Assembly: GCA_963663405.2 (NCBI GenBank)
Contig: CAXXSM010000040.1
Span: 1 to 23,485, forward strand
Source: a bacterium
GTDB taxonomy: Bacteria; Hinthialibacterota; Hinthialibacteria; Hinthialibacterales; Hinthialibacteraceae
Direction: 5' to 3'
DNA length: 23,485 nucleotides
Shown here piece by piece: positions 9,134 through 15,748 of this stretch. Position 1 is the stretch's first letter, and each line of letters starts with the position of its first letter. The position numbers were made by a program, and so were the translations under genes. The notes below the pieces were generated by a model that saw nothing but the letters and a program-made list of their open reading frames with translations, had not been told where the DNA came from and did not search any database.

Positions 9134-10183
9134 ATGAAACAAACACAGGATTTGCATGTTGTTGAAAGTATTGAACTTATTTCCCCTGGAGATTTGAAGA
9201 AAGAACTGCCCATGACCGAGACCGCGAATGAGACGGTCATCGAAGGGCGTTATACGATCAAGCGGATGCTGCGGGGGAAGGACAAACGAATGTTGGTGAT
9301 CGTTGGCCCTTGTTCCATCCATGACGAAAAGGCGGCGTATGAGTACGCTTCACGGCTGCTTGAGTTACGGCGAACGCTGGGGGATCGCTTGGAAATTGTG
9401 ATGCGGGTCTATTTTGAGAAGCCGCGCACGACTGTCGGCTGGAAAGGATTGATTTACGATCCCCATCTGAACGATACCGGTGATTTGGCGTATGGAATCC
9501 GAAAAGCGCGTGAGATTATGCTGACGATCAATGACATGGGGGCGCCGGCGGCGACGGAATTTTTAGATCCGATCGTTCCGCAGTACCTTTCCGATTTGGT
9601 GACCTGGGCGGCGGTCGGCGCGCGCACGATTGAATCGCAGACGCACCGCGAAATGACCAGCGGGCTCTCGATGCCGACGGGATTGAAGAACAATACAGAT
9701 GGCTATCTGCAGATCGCCATTGACGCGATGCTCTCTTCACGGGCGCCGCATAGTTTTCTGGGCGTGAATCAGAACGGCCATATTTCAATTTACAATACCA
9801 GCGGTAATCTTTGGTGTCATGTGATCTTGCGCGGAGGGCGCCAAGGGCCGAATTTCGACCGGATAAGCGTGGAGGAGGCGATCACGTCCTTGGAGAAAGC
9901 GGGATTGCCGCCGTATGTCATGATTGATTGCAGTCACGCCAATTCCAACAAGGATTACGCCAAACAGGAAATCGTGTTGAAAGATGTGACACAACAGCGG
10001 CTGGACGGCGCTGAAACTCTTTTCGGCGTCATGCTGGAAAGCAATCTGAATGAAGGCAACCAATCCATCCCGGACGATCTGTCTAAACTTCAATACGGTG
10101 TTTCCATCACGGACGCTTGCATTAATTGGGAAACGACCGAACGGCTTCTCACGCGGATGTATGAGAAGTTGGGCGCCTCTTAA
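9134..10183 (+). CDS. aroF: 3-deoxy-7-phosphoheptulonate (DAHP) synthase, class I (AroF/AroG/AroH type)
   Basis: IVGPCSIHD, MRVYFEKPRTTVGWKGLI, GARTIESQTHRE, HVILRGG, IDCSHANS and YGVSITDACINW. The isoenzyme (aroF/G/H) cannot be resolved by eye. Confidence 0.93.
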   Translation: MKQTQDLHVVESIELISPGDLKKELPMTETANETVIEGRYTIKRMLRGKDKRMLVIVGPCSIHDEKAAYEYASRLLELRRTLGDRLEIVMRVYFEKPRTTVGWKGLIYDPHLNDTGDLAYGIRKAREIMLTINDMGAPAATEFLDPIVPQYLSDLVTWAAVGARTIESQTHREMTSGLSMPTGLKNNTDGYLQIAIDAMLSSRAPHSFLGVNQNGHISIYNTSGNLWCHVILRGGRQGPNFDRISVEEAITSLEKAGLPPYVMIDCSHANSNKDYAKQEIVLKDVTQQRLDGAETLFGVMLESNLNEGNQSIPDDLSKLQYGVSITDACINWETTERLLTRMYEKLGAS

Positions 10184-10333
10184 TCTCTACACTCGCTATT
10201 CCCGCAAAACAGTATTTTCTATCCTTAAATCACTCTATCCATTTCGTTCGATTCGTGTATGGTATTTCATATTCGAAGATCCCCTGGATTGTTTTACAAT
10301 ACACGTACTCTGACTGGAAGAAAGGAATCGATC

Positions 10334-11173
10334 ATGCCGGAAATTGGATACCATACCGACGCGTTCAATAGCAGCAATTGGGATTTCAAACAGTGTTTAC
10401 AATGGGCGAAAGATCATGGAATGAATGTGATTGAATGCGGGGTGATTGATGGGACCGCGTACATTCAATCGCTGGGATATTATCCGCATATCTCGCTGCG
10501 GGAAGATCCGGCGCTGTGGCGGAAGACGATGGATTCGTATGGGATCCGGTTCAGCCAATTGGACGCCGCGTATCCCCTGAGCCGGATGGATGGATTGACC
10601 GTGGGGGTGGAGTATGTGAATAACGCGATTCGCTGGGCGAAGCTGATCGGCTGTCCAAACGTCGATACAACCGACGACAAAAAGAAAGCCGAGGGGATGA
10701 CCGATCAGGAAGGGCTTCAAATTTTGAAAATGGCCTATGGGGAGATCCTGAAGGTCGCTGAAGCGCATGAAATTACAGTGAATGTCGAACCTCACGGCTA
10801 TTTCACTACGAATCCGAAATTCATGGCGGAGATCCTGAATTTCTACGACAGCCCCTATCTGCGGATGAATATGGACACCGGCAATACGTTCATCGCTGGA
10901 GAAGACCCGGTCTCGTTTGTGGAACAGTTCAAAGACAAGATTTCCCACGTTCATGTCAAGGATGTCAGCGAATCCCTCGCCAAAGCCGCGCGCGGTGAAC
11001 TGACGGGCATCGCCATGAGCCAAAGCGCCATCGGTGATGGAGTGAACGCCGCTAACATCGAAAAGTGCATACAAATTCTTCTTGACAATGGGTATGACGG
11101 TGTGTTCAGCCTGGAGTGTGAAGGGGTGTGTTTGGAGAAATCGCTGAATTGGGTGCGGGGATTGTTGGGGTAG
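10334..11173 (+). CDS. Sugar phosphate isomerase/epimerase (xylose-isomerase-like TIM barrel, AP endonuclease 2 superfamily)
   Basis: ATG 10334 has an AAAGGA RBS. Metal-ligand motifs NVEPHG, NMDTGN, HVHVKD and GYDGVFSLE. Confidence 0.88.
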   Translation: MPEIGYHTDAFNSSNWDFKQCLQWAKDHGMNVIECGVIDGTAYIQSLGYYPHISLREDPALWRKTMDSYGIRFSQLDAAYPLSRMDGLTVGVEYVNNAIRWAKLIGCPNVDTTDDKKKAEGMTDQEGLQILKMAYGEILKVAEAHEITVNVEPHGYFTTNPKFMAEILNFYDSPYLRMNMDTGNTFIAGEDPVSFVEQFKDKISHVHVKDVSESLAKAARGELTGIAMSQSAIGDGVNAANIEKCIQILLDNGYDGVFSLECEGVCLEKSLNWVRGLLG

Positions 11174-11306
11174 GGGATCGTACACAGCATAATGTCATCA
11201 TAAAATTCTCATTGTAAATCCAGAATCTCCTCTGTTCATATTCAATATGACTAAACTTCATTAGTCTGCATTATCAATTGCGCTCTTGGTTTAGGATGAC
11301 TTTCTC

Positions 11307-11383
11307 GTCTGAACCATGATTCTAAAGATTATAGGATTTCCCTGATTAAAAATCTAGAAAATCAAGTAAATCAAGGTTCAGAC
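11307..11383. repeat. 77-bp intergenic inverted-repeat element with ~9-nt GATT/AATC periodicity (REP/MITE-like)
   Basis: GTCTGAACCATGATT (11307-11321) and AATCAAGGTTCAGAC (11369-11383) are complementary at 14/15 positions. GATT occurs at 11318, 11327, 11335 and 11344; AATC at 11351, 11360 and 11369. Confidence 0.7.
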
Positions 11384-11530
11384 AATGAAGAATCTCGCAT
11401 AGAAGCGTAGGACTTCAATACTTCCCACAAAAAGAGGATCGATTGTTGAGAAACGTATTCACTTTCCGGAAGAACAATTTTTATTATTAGAATCTCCATC
11501 GATGTACGTAGAAAATATTTGCCTCATCCC

Positions 11531-11560
11531 TTGAATTTTTTTTTGAGCATATGTTAGATT
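11531..11560 (+). promoter_or_regulatory. Putative sigma70 promoter for the lectin-domain gene
   Basis: TTGAAT (11531-11536), an 18-bp spacer ending in TGn, then TAGATT (11555-11560). An AGGGAGG RBS precedes ATG 11593. Confidence 0.4.
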
Positions 11561-11592
11561 GGATTTAATCCACAACGATAAGGGAGGGCGTC

Positions 11593-13066
11593 ATGATGCG
11601 AAGAATTCGTTTTGTAGCCGGTTTGTGTCTCTTTTTCTGTTTTGTGTCATCGATTTCTGTTTATTCACAGGAATGGATTGTTAATCCTGCTAATGGGCAT
11701 GGGTATATGATCGTTACTGAAAGAGGATGGGAAGAAGCGGAAGAATATGCGCAATCTCTCGGCGCACATTTGGTAACAATTAATAACCAAGAAGAAAACG
11801 ATTGGATCGTGGAGAATATTTTATCCAAATCACCAGGAGGTCGCTTGTGGATAGGTCTATATATGGATGATGGAAAATATAAGTGGTTGAGTGGAGAAAA
11901 TTCAACCTATTTCAATTGGCATGATAGTGAACCAGAAGGTGACAGATATGTGATTATTTCTAATGATATATCTACAAGGGGACGATGGGCTGATACCAGA
12001 GTAAATGGACAATATCTTTCAATTATCGAGATAGATAATCCACCAACATTAACACCAATACCAACAATCTCTCCTACGTTTACCCCTACCCCAACAGCCT
12101 CACCTCCATATTATCAACCTTTCGAAGGGACCGATCTCGCTTCCAATCAATTCGTCTCCGATCCTCCTGCTGGGTTTGTTTCTGGGAATGTCCGGTTTGG
12201 GGCGGTTCCGGAAGGGGAGGGGACGGATGGTGAGGGGATGTCGGTAGATCTGTTTCCGGGGAATGGGAATTTGATTGTTTCGCTGGAACCGGTTGAGGTG
12301 GATGGTTTGGCGCATATCTCCGGGTGGTTTAAATCATCGACATCGAACGTGTCTGTCGCGTTGATTGCGCTGAACAGCCCTATCGATGGGCAGCTGGCTT
12401 ATGTCAATTTGACGGAGGCGGAAGTGCCGCTGAATGATTACAAGCGGTTCGATCTCTATTACGCGCCTCCGTCTGGATTGTTGCAAGTGGCTGTCCAGGT
12501 GGTTAATTCACCTTTCTCGACTTTGTCATCGACCGTGTGGATTGATAACCTTGTCGTAGAGCCGCCTGCGCTTGAAATCGGCGAACCGGTTACGCTGGAA
12601 GTGGATGGGACTTTTGAAGAGGACTTGGATAACTTGATTGTCAATATGAATAACGTGGATGGCAATGTGATCCCCTTTTTTGAATCCCTTACAGATATCG
12701 CTGTTCGAATGAGCATCGAACCGGACAATATGGCCGCTAATATCGGAACTATCGTCACTGGCGTGGAGGATCATTATCCTTTCACACTGGTTGGAGAGGT
12801 GGAGGCTTATCGAGAAACACCATACAATAGTGGTGGGATAATGGCGTTTGTGATGACCAACGCGTATCAAAATGTAGGACTGTTCCGGAAGATCGGCGAA
12901 CTGCCCGGTCTAGAGACCAGTTTCGCACAGTTTGAACGCGTAATAGTGGGGGGAAACTTCACGGTAAAAAATCCCGAAACTCCAATCTATGTCATCATCC
13001 AAAACGGCGGCCCCTGGCGTGGAGTCTACACTCGTGATTGACAATTTGACATTGAGGAGACGTTGA
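11593..13066 (+). CDS. Secreted protein with a C-type-lectin-like domain, a Pro/Thr linker and two tandem beta-sandwich (CBM-like) domains; probable +1 frameshift at 13011-13014
   Basis: Signal peptide, then CTLD motifs NGHGY, WEEAEEYAQSLGAHLVTINNQEENDWI, LWIGL, YFNWHDSEP and GRWAD, then the linker PPTLTPIPTISPTFTPTPTASPP. Removing one C from CCCC gives GGPGVESTLVIDNLTLRRR* (stop 13064-13066), which parallels STVWIDNLVV at the end of the first domain. The uncorrected ORF stops at 13041. Confidence 0.75.
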
Positions 13067-13091
13067 GAGAATTTAAGGAGCGGAATGATTT

Positions 13092-13427
13092 ATGATCGAA
13101 AATCCGGATTTCATCACAGCCATTATCGGATTACTCTTGACCGGTGGATCGGCTTTGGCGCTTCTCATAGTGATTATTATACAGGCGGCAAAGATGAAAA
13201 AAACGTACAAAGTGGATGAGAATTCCTTTCGCGCGGCGCGGGAGACACTGTTCAAAACAGTGTCTGTATTAATCATTGTTCTCAGTGTGTTTCTTCTTAT
13301 TTTTTTAATCACATTTAATTTTGATATACCGGGAGGGACTGGATTTTTTATTGGCTTGGCGATATTTATTAGTGTTGTGGATTATCTAAAATGGACTTTA
13401 GGTTGGAAAGAGGAAGAGGGTAACTAA
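13092..13427 (+). CDS. Small membrane protein (3 predicted TM helices), unknown function
   Basis: AAGGAG RBS and three long hydrophobic segments separated by a basic loop. Confidence 0.75.
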   Translation: MIENPDFITAIIGLLLTGGSALALLIVIIIQAAKMKKTYKVDENSFRAARETLFKTVSVLIIVLSVFLLIFLITFNFDIPGGTGFFIGLAIFISVVDYLKWTLGWKEEEGN

Positions 13428-13469
13428 GGATTAATCGATTTCCCTAAAATCCTCTGTCCGTGGTTTTGT

Positions 13470-13775
13470 TTACGCATAAAATTCAACAATTTTCTGATAA
13501 TCATCAAAATTATTGAATTGGAACCCATCGGCTGTACCGTGCTTCATAATGTACAGTCTGAGTTCCAGCGTATGCCATCCTTCCGTTCCTTGTTTTTTAC
13601 ATTCTTGAACGCCGAGACGCCACCGCCGCATTCCTTCACTGCTGGTTTTAATTTTCAGCAGTTGTTTTTCTTTTCCTTTTAAACTTTTGTACTTGATTCC
13701 GTATCGGCCAAACCATACTTTCGGATCGATGTGACCATCATCTTTGACGATAATAGCTTGTTGTGGATTTGTCAT
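13470..13775 (-). CDS. Hypothetical basic protein (101 aa)
   Basis: ATG 13775 is preceded by AAAAGGAG. Lys-rich, no family recognised. Confidence 0.65.
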   Translation of the reverse strand: MTNPQQAIIVKDDGHIDPKVWFGRYGIKYKSLKGKEKQLLKIKTSSEGMRRWRLGVQECKKQGTEGWHTLELRLYIMKHGTADGFQFNNFDDYQKIVEFYA

Positions 13776-13909
13776 TTCTTTGATACTCCTTTTTAGTGAT
13801 ACATTTCGACTCACATTCGTATCAAGCAGTGACAGAGGCTTCTGTGGAGAGATTGTCTATGCTGGGAACGCGTCTCCAGTTGGGAAATCAGGTAATGGAA
13901 AGGACTGAG

Positions 13910-13949
13910 TGAAAACAAGGATTAAAGAAAACGTCAATCCTTGTTTTCA
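13910..13949. terminator. 14-bp perfect-stem hairpin downstream of the csp gene
   Basis: TGAAAACAAGGATT (13910-13923) pairs with AATCCTTGTTTTCA (13936-13949) around a 12-nt loop. A terminator role is inferred from position only. Confidence 0.5.
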
Positions 13950-13950
13950 T

Positions 13951-13978
13951 TTGCACGTTGTGATCTCAATCATGATGG
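13951..13978 (+). repeat. 28-bp direct repeat, copy 1
   Basis: TTGCACGTTGTGATCTCAATCATGATGG, 27/28 identical to 14462-14489. Confidence 0.92.
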
Positions 13979-13992
13979 TTTTCATGATTGAG
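13965..13992 (-). terminator. Hairpin immediately after the csp stop codon
   Basis: CTCAATCATGA-tggttt-TCATGATTGAG, an 11-bp perfect stem 11 nt after the stop. It has no classical U-tract, and one arm lies in direct-repeat copy 1. Confidence 0.5.
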
Positions 13993-14003
13993 GAACACTC
14001 ACC

Positions 14004-14207
14004 TTATTGAGCGGATCGGACGTTCACAGCTTTGGGCCCTTTTTGTCCTTGTTCGACATCGAAGAGAACGGATTCGTTTTCATTCAAGTTTTTAAATCCC
14101 TCGCCCGCGATGCCCGAATGGTGGACGAATAGTTCCTGTCCGGCGTCGTCTTCGATGAATCCATATCCTTTTTGCTCGCTAAACCACTTTACACGTCCTG
14201 CAGTCAT
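14004..14207 (-). CDS. cspA: Cold-shock protein (CspA family)
   Basis: 67 aa with GRVKWF, RNP1 KGYGFI, RNP2 LFVHHS and [17 protein letters not shown]. The paralog identity is uncertain. Confidence 0.95.
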   Translation of the reverse strand: MTAGRVKWFSEQKGYGFIEDDAGQELFVHHSGIAGEGFKNLNENESVLFDVEQGQKGPKAVNVRSAQ

Positions 14208-14349
14208 AATCAGGTCTCCAACTTGTTAGAATGTTCACACAGTTTTAGTTTCTGAATGTTCCGGAGCCTTCATTAAAAGCAATGCAGGGTGAACGATAGA
14301 ATAGGGATGGGACCCGGTGATGCAGAAGATAAATTGTATGATATGTATT

Positions 14350-14377
14350 ATTATACTCAATTTTTTTTTATGAGCAA
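14350..14377 (-). promoter_or_regulatory. Putative sigma70 promoter of csp, implying a 5' UTR of about 135 nt
   Basis: On the minus strand: TTGCTC (14377-14372), a 16-bp spacer, then a perfect TATAAT (14355-14350). Long 5' UTRs are typical of csp mRNAs. Confidence 0.55.
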
Positions 14378-14461
14378 GGGAGGTGGAGACGTGGGCATTG
14401 TGGTCATTTCTGATGACGATAATTATATTGAAATGACTTGTTGTAACTATAAAAGAACAAC

Positions 14462-14489
14462 TTGCAGGTTGTGATCTCAATCATGATGG
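14462..14489 (+). repeat. 28-bp direct repeat, copy 2
   Basis: TTGCAGGTTGTGATCTCAATCATGATGG, offset 511 bp from copy 1. Confidence 0.92.
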
Positions 14490-14588
14490 ATAATTTAAAT
14501 AAAATAATTCGATTGTGGATTGCTCCTTCGTAAACTGCCGTATCATTTATTTCGTTCTTGTGTTTTTGGAATGCCGAAGCCGTGTTTT

Positions 14589-15725
14589 TCACCGTGGAAT
14601 AATCAGTTTCTGGCCTCTGTGAATTATATTGGGGGAGGGGAGTTTGTTGACTTCCATGAGTTGTCTGAGGTGGATTCGTTTTCCGTAGACTTTGAGGGCG
14701 ATGTCCGATAGGGTGTCGCCGGGTTGTACGATGTAGGTTCCAGCCAGTGTGACTCCGCTTAGATCGACGAAGTTCACTCCTGTGACGGAGCGGACTGTTT
14801 CTTCGACGAGATAGCGCATTTGTAAGTTCAACACTTCCCCTTTGATCTGGACGATCGAATCCGACTGCGTCACGGTGAGATCGTAAGAACCAAGGGTTTC
14901 GTGCGATTGGAGCGCCTGGGTGATTTGATCTTGGAGAGCCGTGGGATCCGGTTCGGATTTTTCGGTTTCCGGTGTGGGCTCTTCGACGACTGGCTCCGCG
15001 ATTTGGATTTCATACTCTGTGGTTGGTATATACGGCGGCTCTTCCCAATTTGTGTCTGAAATAGAGCCGCTATCGTGCATCGTTGGTTCTTGCTCGATGA
15101 TATCCGGATTTTCGGCCAGGGGATTCGTATCGTTTTGGGCGGGAAGGAAAGTCCGGTCTAGATCGATTGTGTCTATCGTGTAATTGGTCATTATGGGTGT
15201 GGGGAGAATGTGTTCTCTCTCCGCCGCCGCCGTGTCCTGTCCGGTTGTTATCGGTGTGGAAGCGTTTGAAAGTGCATTATTTTGTGTTATTTCTCCCCAG
15301 CGGGATACGGTATAAGCCACAGCGATGGACGCGAAGAGGCAGATCAGCAGAATGGGAGTCAGAAAGCTGATTTGAAACCGGTAGAGAGAGCGGTTTTGCA
15401 TGCGGGAGCATCGTTTAAGGGCCCGGCTGAATTCTTTGTTGAGGGGATCGAGTTCCAACGCGCGTTTCCACAGTGTTTTCGCCTCTTCGATCAATCCTTG
15501 CTGGGCGTAGATCCGGGCGAGGAGGTGGATGGCTTCAATGGAGTAATTGCCATCCTTGATCAACGCGGTGAGTAATTCTTCGGATTGAATCAATTGGCCT
15601 TTCCGGGCGAGCGCGGCGGCTTGGGCGAAGACCAAGGATTGAATAACGGTGGAAGCCGTCTCTTTTTTATGGATTTTGTTTTTGGGATCCGCGCCGGACC
15701 ATAAACGATTGGATAGAAGATCCAT
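14589..15725 (-). CDS. Bitopic membrane protein: N-terminal TPR repeats, TM helix, acidic linker, BON domain, LysM domain
   Basis: TPR AIHLLARIYAQQGLIEEAKTLWKRALELDPLN; TM ISFLTPILLICLFASIAVAYTV; P/T/E-rich linker; BON-like LQDQITQAL...LTVTQSDSIVQIKGEV...VRSVTGVNFV; LysM YIVQPGDTLSDIALKVYG...VNKLPSPNIIHRGQKLIIP. GAGGAG RBS. Confidence 0.88.
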   Translation of the reverse strand: MDLLSNRLWSGADPKNKIHKKETASTVIQSLVFAQAAALARKGQLIQSEELLTALIKDGNYSIEAIHLLARIYAQQGLIEEAKTLWKRALELDPLNKEFSRALKRCSRMQNRSLYRFQISFLTPILLICLFASIAVAYTVSRWGEITQNNALSNASTPITTGQDTAAAEREHILPTPIMTNYTIDTIDLDRTFLPAQNDTNPLAENPDIIEQEPTMHDSGSISDTNWEEPPYIPTTEYEIQIAEPVVEEPTPETEKSEPDPTALQDQITQALQSHETLGSYDLTVTQSDSIVQIKGEVLNLQMRYLVEETVRSVTGVNFVDLSGVTLAGTYIVQPGDTLSDIALKVYGKRIHLRQLMEVNKLPSPNIIHRGQKLIIPR

Positions 15726-15748
15726 TTTGCTTCTCCTCGGATAGCCTA

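Noticed and set aside
10397-11185. 262-aa antisense ORF
   Set aside because: It overlaps nearly all of the well-supported TIM-barrel gene on the opposite strand and has no recognisable motifs; a typical shadow ORF.
11236-11266. Short palindromes TCATATT-C-AATATGA and GACTAA/TTAGTC
   Set aside because: Short and AT-rich, expected by chance in such spacers, with no supporting context.
12040-12110. Repetitive CCAACA/CCT-rich tract, considered as a CRISPR, VNTR or DGR variable region
   Set aside because: It encodes the Pro/Thr linker. No template repeat or reverse transcriptase is in the window.
13951-14489. Direct repeats as a CRISPR mini-array
   Set aside because: Only two copies, 511 bp apart with a gene between them, and no cas genes.
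14235-14592. Short ORFs in the spacer between csp and the LysM gene
   Set aside because: They overlap the predicted csp promoter, 5' UTR and repeat, have no convincing RBS, and have low-complexity composition.
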